A DNA stretch of 64,000 nt. Origin: Ophelia neglecta (taxonomy: Eukaryota). Location of the stretch: NCBI GenBank assembly GCA_965285935.1, contig OZ260663.1, positions 90,148,001 to 90,212,000 of the forward strand, given 5' to 3'. Of the stretch, positions 1 through 13,025 are shown piece by piece. Made by a program: the position numbers and the translations under genes. The notes below the pieces were generated by a model, which saw only the letters and a program-made list of their open reading frames with translations, was not told the origin of the DNA and did no database searches. Position 1 is the first letter of the stretch, and every line of letters starts with the position of its first letter.

Positions 1-3000
1 TTAATTGTCATATTGTCTGCACGTGTCCTTAAATAAATATCCTTGATAAAAATACGTGAATTTAATTCAGCCTCAAAAATAAATGAAATGCCTTAATTCA
101 AGGTGTCATAGAACTGTGACACCATTATATTGGGGTGGGGGAAAGTCACCTTTCAAAATTAATATACTATAAAAATAAATTTGATAAAGATAGTCCTATA
201 ATCTGTTATAATGACTCATTTTCCTTCCGTGTACTATAGCACTATACAATAAGAAACAATATCAGGATTAGATATCGACGCAGCCATAGCTAATATAGTT
301 ATTTTTTTGTGCCTATATGCTAAAGACTTTACTTAATATGAAAAAAATAAGGCTTCAAATTTTTTTTACAGCAGAGAGCATTTTTGCCTGGCATAATATG
401 GACAGTATTCAAAGTTTTAAAGTGGCATCTAGTGACTGCATTGATAGTTCGTATGATACTGTATGCTTGTTTTAAGAATCGGTGCTGGCACCAAGCGAAT
501 GGATTTTGACATTGTTTTTCATAATTTTCGAGTAAAGTTTTAAAAAAGGTCACTCAGAATAACCTTGGCTTAAGTGACCTATTTTTTATAATTAAATCGG
601 ATGTACCACATGGCCAATTATTTTTAGCTGTGGCAATTAGATGCGGCATTTGGATTAAGTATCTAAGCATATTAAAGAACACAATTTCCATTTGATTCAA
701 CCATGGTGTGGTCAGCTTACATATTCAGAAATGACAGCTAAAACGGTCTTGCTTTGGAGAGCAGCTGTTACATTTATAGCTTGGATAAAATTGAAATGTT
801 TCCAATATCCTAACGAAAAGTTTATCTCAGATAAGGTATACAGTGATACTCTTGGAATAGAGCAAAATGGAAATGCGTCAAAAACCGTCTAGTAAGAGGG
901 AGCTTCTCACATTATTATATGTATAGGTAGGTGCCAGTGTATTGTGCATGCCGCGAGGATCGGGGCCTGTGTTATACGTACCCACGACATGTTTCAGCAC
1001 AACATAAACATATTTAAAATTGGCAGATATGTTAATCCATTATATCCGACTATCTTTGTTTTTTGAGAATGTGCCTTGTCATGTACATGGTTAGTGACTG
1101 CAGATCATGGGATGGAAAAAAACCTTAGTTGTTCACCGCTGATTTTATTTTAGCTGAAGGAGGGGGGAGTCGTACCTGTTGTAATAACTTTAGTAAATGA
1201 CGGCTCCTTACAGTACAAATTATCGAACTCCGATTTGTGTTTTGTCATAGAAAAACACATATTTGGAAAAAAAATGAAAAAGTTACTTGGGTTTTATTCT
1301 GGTATTGGCCGTCAGATGGCGCTACTATGTAATAAAATGTTTACATTACAGCTAGCAGAGAACATAACCTTGAAGAGCAGGTTGACGGAGATAAATTATT
1401 ACAATTTGTCTCTTTACTAACAAGCCATCAGGTGAAAAGGTAGTACGTAGTTGGCTAGCGCATATAATCTGAAACAACTTAATACATCCATTTTGAAGTC
1501 CAGCCTTTTATATATAAAGCCCATTCATAAACTGCCGATGTATTTTCCGAAAAGAAAAATCAAGAGAAATGGGAACTGTGTGTCAGTGACCCACAATTCA
1601 ACTGAAAACTTTGCAATATGATCGTCTACTAATACGTTGGAAATACAGATGTATGTTTGCATGGAAAAGGTGTTTGTTTCGGGTTCAGAGTTTTGTGGAT
1701 TCGACTCCCACCACGAATGACCTTTTAGACATCCAAATCAATCATCAGACACCCTGTATAGTGACACTATTGGCAATAGTTTTCGTCCGCTTTGTTCAAC
1801 CCAAAATGACCCGTGAATACGCCGGTAGGACAGCCTTAGTCGGTGGGAATCTAATTCTCTGAGAACTTGCCGTACGCCGTCGGGGTAGGCTAGAAACAAG
1901 GAGGTGTAAAACCTGCCTGTGCCGTGCGATGAAAGAATGGCACATGCAGTTATCGCCAATTTTATTAGATGTTGTAGTAGTAGTATTAGGAGAGGAGCCC
2001 CTGCTCTTTAGGTCTTTTTTAAATATAAACATAGTCATTATCAATATGTCCAATGTTATGAATGCTGTATAAAAAACTATATAATTTGAAAGAAGCAGCA
2101 GCACCAGCGGTAGTAGTAATGTAAGAACAAGTAGCACTAGCTCTATTTGAAGTATTATTTTGTTTGATACGCTTGAAGCTGAATCTAAGGGAACTGCCAC
2201 ACTGCCAATAAAAGAAACATATTCATATGTATATATGTCAACTTAAAATAACACTGGCGTAGTGTAGCTGAACAGAATTCTTGCCTTAGGTACGGAATAG
2301 TATCATGCCCTGCCCGCTCATAAACTTTACATTTTAAGTAATAACGCAACAGTTAAATAATTTCAGCCATAACACCCAATTTAATCATTAACCTATTCTC
2401 TTTACATCGAGACCCTAAACTGAACTGACAAAACATAGTTTTATACTTTATAAACTTCTAGACTATGGACTTCTAGATTTCTAACGGGCAATCTGCGGTT
2501 TTCTTCTCCCGTCTTCTGGCGTCTCCCGGAGTTTCCCGGTGTGGTCTCTCGGTGTCTCCTGAAGTCTCTCTGTCGTCCTCATGCCCCTTGGTATTTATAT
2601 GTAAGAAGGAACAAATCATATAAAGGTGGTATATCGTAAGCCCCAACTCAATCCATCATAAAAGCACTAAGCCACCTCTTGGCAAAGAATTGGTTCAGTG
2701 CATGTTTTATAAATGCTCAAAGTCAACTCGCAAAGCTACTGCTATAACCTGACACGACCACAGCCCAGGAATTTTGTTCAACCAGTGTGAAGCGCAAGAT
2801 GATACGTAGGCCCCACCCATTGTAATATCAAATATTAGCAATTGGGTGCGCACTTGTAAGCAGGAGACATCAGAACAATAAAGAGTAACACAACGGCAAG
2901 CTCGTTTGTCTTATAACGCCGTATCCACAAGAAACCATTCAAACAGTTCAACAATCAATATCCCAAAGTAAACACCATTGCCTCCAAGGTGACATTCACC

Positions 3001-3099
3001 CAGCACACACTTGTTTGCTTTTCCCTTTGATTTGTATATCTTATCGAATTTCAATCGCGGAGCTCCAGCGTCATACATGACTCTTCTGATCTACACGAT

Positions 3100-3450
3100 T
3101 CTGGCAGATGGTATTTGTTCTCTATAACTTTATATTTGATCAGCTTTTATATTTTGATCAGCAGTTGTGATATAAATCAATACTTCCACCTTTTAATTAA
3201 CATACTATAGCTTTTAGCTTTAATGTCTTCTATTAATACCCAATGAATTTTTAATCTAGCACAATAGTATATGGCCCCATCCCTTGTCCACCTTACTCAG
3301 ATAGCGGACTCACACTTTGGACTTAACCTCGGCACATATCAGATTGTGAACCCAATTGTTCTAACAAATTGTCCACCAAACAGGAGATCCTGCTTGGTAA
3401 TTATGGTATGAGTTTCACGGACATTTACTTACTAACCAAGGCATTTCCAA
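3100..3450 (-). mobile_element. Highly decayed Ty3/gypsy integrase C-terminal remnant
   Basis: Broken minus-strand peptides YQAGSPVWW, SPK and GPYTIV resemble the GPY/F module; stops and frameshifts are present. Confidence 0.35.
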
Positions 3451-4307
3451 TTACAGTTCTAAATCAGAAACGCTGCGGATGTACACTTAGAGTTCTAGTG
3501 AATAACTAACAGGAGAAAACCGGTGCGGTATACACTACCCAACACTGTGAAATTTAGCGCATTGGCGGTTCATCAATAAGGTGAGTTTAAAGAAATATAG
3601 AATTAAAGAATGTTCATTGAAGACTATTATCATCAATAAATTGTAATCCTAGCACATTAACGTTTAAACTGGTATATAAGTCGTAAAAGTCCAATAAATA
3701 ATCAAGTAAATGCATAAAATACGAAACAATAGAAATGGGTAACACCAAACCTAGATGACTTGCATATACATTTTATTCAATGTGAACTGTATGCACCAAG
3801 AGAATATTTCTTGACTTGTTCTTATATACACAATTATACAGCAATTCTATGTGCATGGATGATACCATATTTGGAATCGGAAGTGTTATAGCAGATGTAC
3901 CTGTTCATTTACAATAAGAGACTGACTGGTTTTCTTAATATAGTTAACGGTATATTGAACCCTCGATTACCATTTTCCTCTTTAGTATATAGGGACATTT
4001 AATCTCCTGGTCATGATTTATTGAAACAGTTTAATCGTTATACCCAAATTGTGAAGGACAGTAGTCCACCGTACATACAACATACATTACCCTCTCTCCG
4101 CCCTAATTTGAACACATATGACATTTTTTATTTCATTGGTAACAAATTATGGCCATGAATAAACGGCAATGATATCTATAATATTTTAATTGTACCAAAC
4201 GAGATATAAGTATTCCATTTATTCATTGCAGGCACATCTTGAGATTAAGCGGACACTATATAGTTGTTTGAGCTCACCACTCACCGCAGACTAACCCAAT
4301 CGTCACT

Positions 4308-5792
4308 ATGACCAGAATGTGGTTATCTTTTATTTTCTTCTTCCTCCATATCATGGTCGGGTGTTCCGTCCGTGTAAAGAGAGCCACATCCCCACATGTG
4401 GAATACCAGGCTGGTACCCTCAATGTCATTCTCTCCGCCCCACACGGAGGTGTTTCCAGTCCAAGCTCCATTCCTGATAGAACACCCGGATGTTGGAACG
4501 GGAACCAGTGTTACTTTACGCACGAATGTGGAATGACTAACTCGGCAGAGTGAGTGTTTAGTAATTGATAGTTTCGACCAATTATATCATTACTTTGATA
4601 AATGAATCTTGTATGTATCTTTTCCCGTATTTTGACTTCCGTTTCTTTTTATTCTTTAGCAGTGAAATGTAATAACTAAGACTATATTTTGCTCATATAA
4701 TTGCACGAGGATTAAATGTTTAATTCACTTTGGATTTTAATATAATCACATTAAGGTGCCCGGTGTCCACTGTCACTGACGGCTACACCAAGACGTTGGC
4801 TGATATAGTCAGGACACAGCTGCTTAATCTTACTGGAAAGGCTCCCCATCTAGTCAAAAACCTTCTCCGCCGCAGGAAGATGGATGCTAACAGGGAAAAG
4901 GACGAGGCGACCTTGGGCGTCCAAGAGGCAGAGGATGCGTGGGATTCGTATCAGGGCTATATACAGACAGCCAGGGCTTCTATAAACGGGCGGGGGCTAT
5001 TCGTGGATATCCATGGCCATGGACACCAAACACAGTGGACCGAAATCGGGTATAGGATCTCCAGGAGTAACCTCAACTCCGGGACTCTGTCTCCTACCTG
5101 GTCGTCCGTAAGGAATCTTCACTCTGTCAGTGGGATGAGCATGGAACAGCTAATTCGGGGAGACTCAAGCTTCGGACAATTTCTGAACGAAGCTGGATAT
5201 CGAGCTGTACCTTCACCGCAGGTAATTAGTCATATGTCTTGAAAACATTTGTTTAACAGGGAGACTCAGCAATGGTACAAAGCGGCGATTGTTACGCGCC
5301 AGTAATTATGCAATTGGCCATAAATTGTATTATTTTACTAATGCTTATTTGTCCATTATTTTTACTTTGATATTTGAATACCACTTCCTATATAGCTATC
5401 AGGCAAATCGAAATCAGCAATAAGCAAATATCCACTCCTAAGGTCTCTATCAGCTGGAAAAGTATACTAAATAAGACAAGTGTGACATGTCGGGCCGTGA
5501 GATAAGTCGCCGGTTTTCTCTGATGTGAGTTAAACCACGAAAGTAACCATGAAATCCACAAATTATCACATAATAATACTTCTGCACTCTACGATAGGAT
5601 CCCAGTCCAGGAACAGCGTCATACTTTTCCGGTGGCTACCTGACCAAACGTTACGGCTCTCGAGATGGGGGAGAAATCGATGCTATCCAGATAGAGGCTC
5701 CATCTAGTGTCCGTTTCTCCTCCACGGAAAGAAATATGTACGGCAGGGCGTTGGCAAGTGCCATTAAAGCGTTCCTGGGCGAGCATTATTAG
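4308..5792 (+). CDS. Secreted N-formylglutamate amidohydrolase (HutG/FGase)-like Zn-dependent hydrolase, 3 coding exons, ~300 aa
   Basis: Exons 4308-4549, 4756-5221 and 5598-5792 have GT-AG boundaries and join in frame (903 nt, TAG stop). The N-terminus is hydrophobic and signal-like (MWLSFIFFFLHIMVGCS). FGase-type motifs: ILSAPHGG, TDGYT, KMDANR, LFVDIHGHGH, YFSGGYLTKRYG, IDAIQIE. A probable non-coding upstream exon has a donor GTGAGT at 3581 and an acceptor AG at 4230-4231. Confidence 0.8.
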
Positions 5793-8700
5793 ATTGAATA
5801 ATTGTGGATAGAATTACTGTAGAAAATGCATGTATTGATGGAATCTATTCAAATACTATGAATTCGCGACGAAAGGTGAATTGATTGAACCTCTTCTTTA
5901 GTATATAAGTTGGGATATGTTTATCTTTTAACTGGTTACTTCTATAATTATATAAACCTATTCTACTATAAAGACAACTATTTGCCCAAGCATTCATAAT
6001 TGTCGTTGTTGTTAGTTGTACCTTGAAATAACCAGCTTAAAACGCATGCATTCTTAAAGTAGTATATTGACAGTATAACATTCTCCAAAACACACATGGA
6101 CCTGTTTTGCTTAAACACGTGCCTCAGGTCTATTTTTTTCTTGACATCTAACTTTCTGATATTAATACGTCCAGGGCCAGCCAGGACAGTGAATTGATTG
6201 GCCTGTCTTTGATGGTGGGCTTGCATAACATTGCAATAGGAATTAAATAAACAAGTTAACCCAAAACAATAAACCTGTAATCGTACAACTGTTATAATCA
6301 AGGAGCTCGTGAATCATGTAAGTATAAGATGTAAATCCGAGTCCCGCTCCTCTGAAAAGTCAAGGTACCGTAGCTGCCAGATCATAACTGTCGTCAGGCC
6401 TTAGTGGCCTTCTTATTCTTCAAGCAGAAATTAGGCAAACTAAGATGTTCTCTCTTTAAATAATAAACAACCCCATATAATAGTAATTCGGGTCAAACTC
6501 CTTCTTTATTCAGTTTGACCAATAGGCTAGAAATTAATGGACGGTCAACTGGGTTTCCCATTTTGGACAGACGAATAGACCCCCTATTTTGAATATAACA
6601 TTCTACATAATGTTGAAGCCTGGTATAAACAGGAAATTGTGTAATAACGCTCTCGTAAAAACCGCGCCCGTTGTTGAAGTTGAAGCAAAAAATATTGTAG
6701 GGAATGTGGAGTGCCATTGATCGGAGCTGCATTTTTCAGATACTAGGATTTAAAATTCGTCCTTTATAATAAAGAACTGGTCTTATAGTGGGGCAGATTG
6801 GTTAAAAATCCTTGATTTTTGAAAAAAAGCTTGACACCCTAAGCATTAACCAAATTCAAATTTGGATTTTTTTGAGGGTGAGTTTTTTCAATTTTTCCTT
6901 GGTTGCCACGGTCACAAGAAACACGTATCCTACTTTTGGCATTTTTCACAATAATAATATGTCCCTGGATGTGATGGAAAATAACACATATTCCGAATTT
7001 TTCCGCAACTTTGAGGTCTGATTTCAGTATTCAGTCTGTTTAATTCTGCAAAGCATTTAAGCAAAGGCTCAATTAAGAGAATGCCAAGGAGAGAGCTTTA
7101 CACCGTGATGCCATTAGGAAGCTCATTTATCCCGGTACCCATGGACAGCACGATAAAGCACGGCATAGGTAACAAAATATGCCTATTAGTGCTGTTATTT
7201 GTCTAGCCAGTTAGCAGAAAAATACAGTTATTTTACAGATATCATATTATTTTGCAACTCATGCTTAATGGCATACGTGAAATTATCTCAAAAAAGATTT
7301 CCAAGCAGAAATATCCGTGGGTGCCAAAGCGACTGCCAGGAAAGGTCTATATGCACTTTTCCGCTTCCAAAATTGACTACATGGATAAAAATTAGATATA
7401 CCACTTTCGTAATATCTTCCTGAGCCATGAAAACATGCTACCTGTATTTGGTTTAGGAAAAGTGCTGATGGAACCAGGAGTTTCCAATGACTTGTCGACA
7501 TTTCTAATTTATGTCTGTGTTTTTGGAAACTTCATACACGCATTTTTGCATAGTATTTCGAAAAACGGTTTTCTAAACAATATGTGATTGAATATATGTT
7601 AGCTTGAGTCGTGTGCTATCCAATAATGTGCTTGCTGACTAACCAACCGAATTCAGTCACCATAGAAACATGTTTAAAGTTGTACTACTTTGAATCAAAG
7701 TGGTAATTTTCCCCGCCTACGCTGGTGATATTTAATATTATATAGTCTGTCAGCAGCAATTTATACCAAACGTGTGTACTTTCGCTGAATTCAAATAATT
7801 TGGAAAACATATTGGAGATGTGACTGTGAAACTTGCTGACGACCAAACCACATTCAAAAGGCAGATCTTGCTTTGAAAATAGGTTTATAAATAGACAGCT
7901 TGTATGGCTTAATATATAATGTTTTGACATGTTATTAAGCAAACAAAACGAAATAAGTTTAGGGCAAGATATGATAGAATCCGCGGTTGCAATAGCAAAA
8001 TACACATCTTAGGATTTATATAATTTATTTCGGACCCTATAATTTTCATTTCTGTGCGAGGTATCTTGGTAAGGGACTTTTTAAACAAACCAGGTCAAGA
8101 AAGTATATAGCTATGCTGCACAACCGACTAAAGCAATCCGGTTACCATGGAAACATGTTTGGAACATGTTTTAAATATGCCCATGATGTGTTGATGTTAA
8201 TCCTCGTGTAGTATGAAATATTTGATCACACTTTGCCTTCCATAGCAGAATATTTTGTATGCGAACCATCAATCGCTAGATAGTAAAAGGCCCAGGCCGG
8301 ACTTTTTTAGTCCAAAGTGCATGCGACCAGCGCGCCGATTTGGTCAATTCAGGAGGTGTAATGTATTGCGAACTAGACGCCGAGTAATCCTGCACAGAAG
8401 AATACGTATTTTTCAAATATGGTTAAACGAGTTTGTGTGATAGGAGCTGGACCAGCTGGACTAGCATCTCTTCGATATCTCACTGAGAATCCCGGTGTTT
8501 TTGATGTCGTTGCCTTTGAACAGACGACTGAAGTTGGAGGCATCTGGGCTTATAAGGAAAACGACGGGACCGATGAACATGGACGGCCTGTGCATTCACC
8601 AATGTACCCAGACCTCATGTAAGTGTGTGTATAGTCGATTCCATTAGACTGCCATACTTATCAATGTCGGATTGCAAGTGATTGAAAAGGGTAAGCAGGC

Positions 8701-9727
8701 AGTTATCTTTTCGAGCTCTTTAGGGTGACAGACCTCCGCCCCTATTACTTTTACCTTGTTTGAACACTGTCTAAGCAGCAGAAATAATAAATAGATGATG
8801 TCTATGCCTAAAAGAAATATTGCCTGAAATATTAACTATTTAACGTTAATTTTTAGAACCAACTTTCCGATCCTTATGATGGAGTTTCCCGGCTTCCCCT
8901 ACCCAGACCATCTACCGTCATTTGTGCATAACACACATGTTAGAAAATATTTTGAAGACTTCTGCCAAACACTGTCTTTGAAGAAATATATCCAGGTAAT
9001 TATCTATTCGGATAGGTTCAAACGACGTACAATGTCTATATAGTTCCGAACTTTCATCCCACTCTACGTCAAAACACTATTTATATAAGATTATAGAGAC
9101 AAACAGATCAGTGACCTTTCCTTTAAATTACTAGACTTTTTATCGTAACATCATTGGCTTAGTATATTTTGTGTTCCCAATTTACAAACTTGATCCTTCT
9201 TGTAATAGCCCATTACAGCTTGTACTTTAGACTTCTTTTTATTAATCGTCTTCAAACTCGATATATTATATCTTCATCAGTTCGAATCCAAAGTGGTTGA
9301 GGTAAAGCCTGTTGAGGAGGGTACGCATGACAGCCGTAAGTGGAAGGTCAAGGTTGAGTCCATGGCTCATGATAATGACATAGCCCTTGAACCGACTACA
9401 TATTACTTCGACGCCGTAATGGTGTGCACAGGGTAAGCAAATAGCGCAATCTATACATGTATAGATAAACCATATATACAAGGCGTCCCAAAAAAAAGCA
9501 TTTCGGGAATATATCCATGTATGAAAATTCATGTACACTAGATTTAATGACGGGTAAATAGCATGTTCTTCGAAAGTATCATCCGATTCCATAATAGTAT
9601 GAATTATAAACATCATAAAACCGGTCGACTAAAAAAAAAAACTTTATGATTTGTTTGTACAATGTACACTGCAAGAGATTGTTAACTACTTTCTCAGACC
9701 ATAAGACTATGGGCACAATTTAACTTA

Positions 9728-10752
9728 TTATATCCGCGAAATGCGGATATTATGTTTTCAGTAGCACCGCCGCCGCCGCCGCCGCAGATTTTAGTCGTTA
9801 ACGCGATAACTCAAAAAACTATTTCGTACATCTTTTTCAAATTTGACCAAGCCATAGACATTAATGAGAGGAGGAACTGATTAGATTTTGGTGAAATTCC
9901 AATAATTACTAATTAGTTAAAACAATTATTTAATTACGTCAGAAACGCATTTTCTGCAATAACACAAAAAATATTTGAAACATCCTTTTTCTAATTTGAC
10001 ACAGCTATAGACCTTATTGAGAGGAAGAACTGGTCTTATTCTGGTGAATTTCAAATAATTATTAATTACTTAAAATAATTAAATTCATTGTGTCAAAAAC
10101 ACATTTTCTTTCACATATTCGACAGTATAGATGATATTGGCTTCAAGTTTTGTGTCATGATTCATGTGATAAGTATATACAATCTCTGTTATAAGTTAAC
10201 TATATACAATCTGTGTAATAAGTTAATTAGTTAACATTATTAATGGCCTGAAAAAAAATAGTTTAGGTCGTTTTGCATTATTATTGAGGTCATATGGAAC
10301 CTGTTAATCGTGTAATAACTATATACAATCTGTGTAATAAGTTATCTAGTTAACTTTATTAATGACCTGAATTTTTTTTGGTTAAGGTCGTTTTGCATTA
10401 TTATTGAGGTCTTATGGAACCAGTTAACTTTATTAATGACCTGAAAAAAAATTAGTTAAGGTAGTTTTGCATTATTTTTGAGGAACCAACTTTTAGAATG
10501 ACCTGCATTATTACTGAGGTCATATAGAACCTACTACAATCTGTGTAATAAGTTAACTAATACTGTGTAATAAGTTAACTAGTGAACTTTATTAATGACC
10601 TGAACAAAAATTAGATAAGGTCGTTATCTTTCGTGCCAACTAAAAACTACCATTTTCACTACCTCGCCTTATGCCATGTTCCCCATTCGACTATTGCACG
10701 AATTCGCGGATATACCCTTTGCTGTCGGCCCCCCGACAGCATTGGCTTAGTT
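9728..10752 (+). mobile_element. Non-autonomous Helentron-type element (HINE/DINE-1-like) in FMO A1 intron 3
   Basis: 5' subterminal repeat TATATCCGCGAA with a local inverted partner GCGGATAT, a (CCG)n microsatellite, internal tandem repeats, 3' inverted copy TTCGCGGATATA (~10702-10714), hairpin GCTGTCGG-CCCC-CCGACAGC (10721-10740), and a CTTAGTT end in a T-run with no TSD. It is absent at the homologous site in the B copies (~17885, TATTTACCTATTTGGAAATA). Confidence 0.8.
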
Positions 10753-12464
10753 TGGAGATAAATGTAGTTCGATAATTCCAAGCACGCCAGCAAAAATCGA
10801 AATGACAACTTTTGAAAACGGAAACAACAGAACTATTTATAAGTGAATTGATTAGCAAGTATAAACTGTGTTATTGGGCGGAACCTCGATACCCCGCTTG
10901 TTGAGTATATCCTTTGCAAAACAGTGTGGATCCCTCGTGAATATTCCTGGCATGTCTTTTGAAATCGGGGAGGATACAAACTTTGTTCATAATGTAATGT
11001 ATTGCGAACTAGACGAGTATCGCTGAACATTATAGTTGATTAGTTTAAATGAGAAGTGAACAAGACAATATAAATTTCCATGACACTCAAGTTCACTTCT
11101 CATGATGGACAATTCAGTTATTTAGTTTGCCCATCAATGAATTCCACATACATCTTGTTAAAGCCGTTCTTTTACAGAGAAACATGTAATTCCTAGTTTT
11201 ATCACATTACCAAAGATAAAATTTTCGGGGGGGGGGGGGGGGTGAATCTTTATCTCCAGTGTCGGCTAAAGACAGCGTATAATGGTAAGGTGCGATATCT
11301 ATTTGAAAAATGGACTAAAATTTCAGCAAATATTCTACTCCGAGATGGCCGACACTGCAAGGGCTGGAATCGTTCGCAGGGGATGTGAGGCACAGCCGGA
11401 CGTACCGTCATCCAGAGGACTACGCCGGAAAACGTGTGGCTGTCATAGGAGCGGGACCCTCGGCAATGGACATTGTTCTGACCTTGACATCCCATGCAGA
11501 ACATGTAAGTAGCTACACCAACTTGGGTGAGGAGCAGAACAGAACACATCTGTAATTAGACCAGATCCATAGAGTATCATACAGGGGGACTATCCCATAT
11601 ATGAGCAGCTTTAAATGTAATCTACCCTTTATCGAATTACCACACCTGCGAGAAATGACTAGATTAAAGCTAGATTTATTATTAAGACTTCACCTGACTC
11701 ATTCTTGTGAAATTATTGATATAGGCGGGGGATTTTATAAATATATCAAATATCAGGATAAGAAGACCCAAAGCTAAGAAAACTACCCTCCTCTAAACAG
11801 TACCAACAAGTCCTTTCTTAAATAAGATGCATCCAAATACAAAAAGCATACACCTTTTAATCTTGTTTCAAGAACGCCACAGACTATCTTTTATGAAGTA
11901 AGTTAAAACATGAATCTAGAATTACTTCATAAGACTTAGTTGAAAAACGGGAATGGATCCTCTGCTGACAAAGCCAAATCTTTAATCCAGAAAAGCCTAT
12001 TAGTCGGTCCGAAATCACCAGGAACCAGCATAGCTACAGAAACTCAAACATCAATACATCCATCTTCAGCTCTCAAGTAGTATGATAATCCTGTAATGAA
12101 TATAAGGGAAAATTAAAAACACACTTTATATCACTTGCAATGAGAAGTAGGTAATAGTTCACCATGATGCGATTCAGACCACAAAACAAACATGTCAGAG
12201 GTCAACGAGGGACAGAGATGAATACACTGGTTATTTCTATATCATTTTGTGCATCCACGTGCTTTGCTATAGTCTCCAATGTAAATGTTGCACCATTAAT
12301 GACGTTGATAATCGTAGAAACATTGAATAGAGGTGTAAAATGGTACATCAAATACATACATTGAATTACATGAAGTCGTTTTTATTATAGAATAACAAAA
12401 CTATTAGTCTCGGGCTTAATAATCTAAAGTATGCCTGCCTGCTCATCATTGGGGAAAATTTTTT

Positions 12465-13025
12465 TTCAATTCAAATCAAATAGATTTATTGCCATGAAAA
12501 CATTTGAATTTACACAGGAAATAGACAAATAAACATGATAAGTCATTTGACATGGCAAAGAGGGCTTGACAACTAGTGCAGTAGACACCCTGTTATTAGG
12601 CACTCAAATACAAAGTCGAACAGTGCAACCATTGTGCAAACCTAATATATAGTGATAAGGTACATGAAGACAGTAAAAAAAAGCTATGTGAACCCCCCCT
12701 CCCCCAGAAAAAAAAGTAACAAAAGTACAAAAAACAACAACAAGGAAACGTAAGAAAGTAAGTTATAAGAGTTAAGCTTATTCATATTTTACGATTTACT
12801 GGTTGTCTGCTGGTCATTTGGAAGTGGATAATAGGTAAACATTCAAAATCTGATTGTAGGATGAAATTTTACAATTAACATTAATATCATTAAATAAAGT
12901 GTTCCACATTTTTATACCTCTTACTTTCAAACAATCCTGCTATTGCTGTACAGAATCACGCCTTAAATTCACAAAAGCAATGGAAACACAATATACTACT
13001 GGGTTTTCTATAGGAGATCATGTAC
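12465..13025 (-). mobile_element. 3' fragment of a CR1/L2-group LINE in FMO A1 intron 4 (paralogous copy ~28755-29245)
   Basis: The minus strand encodes a degenerate ORF2 C-terminal peptide QQDCLKVRGIKMWNTLFNDIN and ends in AATAAATCTATTTGATTTGAATTG, a typical short-repeat LINE tail. Absent from intron 4 of the B copies. Confidence 0.55.

Noticed and set aside
1796-2200. 134-aa hydrophobic minus-strand ORF
   Set aside because: It derives from low-complexity (AGT/AGC)n-like sequence, has a non-ATG start, and shows no recognisable domain or splice support.
7685-8005. ORFs repeated in both duplication copies (7685-8005/23905-24294, 12164-12364/28460-28660, 18472-18726/34619-34873)
   Set aside because: Their recurrence follows from the recent segmental duplication. 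They have no domains or splice structure, and their stop positions are not always conserved.
10170-10630. Repeated units with variable spacing that resemble a CRISPR array
   Set aside because: These are degenerate internal tandem repeats of the Helentron-type element. The context is eukaryotic, with no unique spacers and no cas genes.
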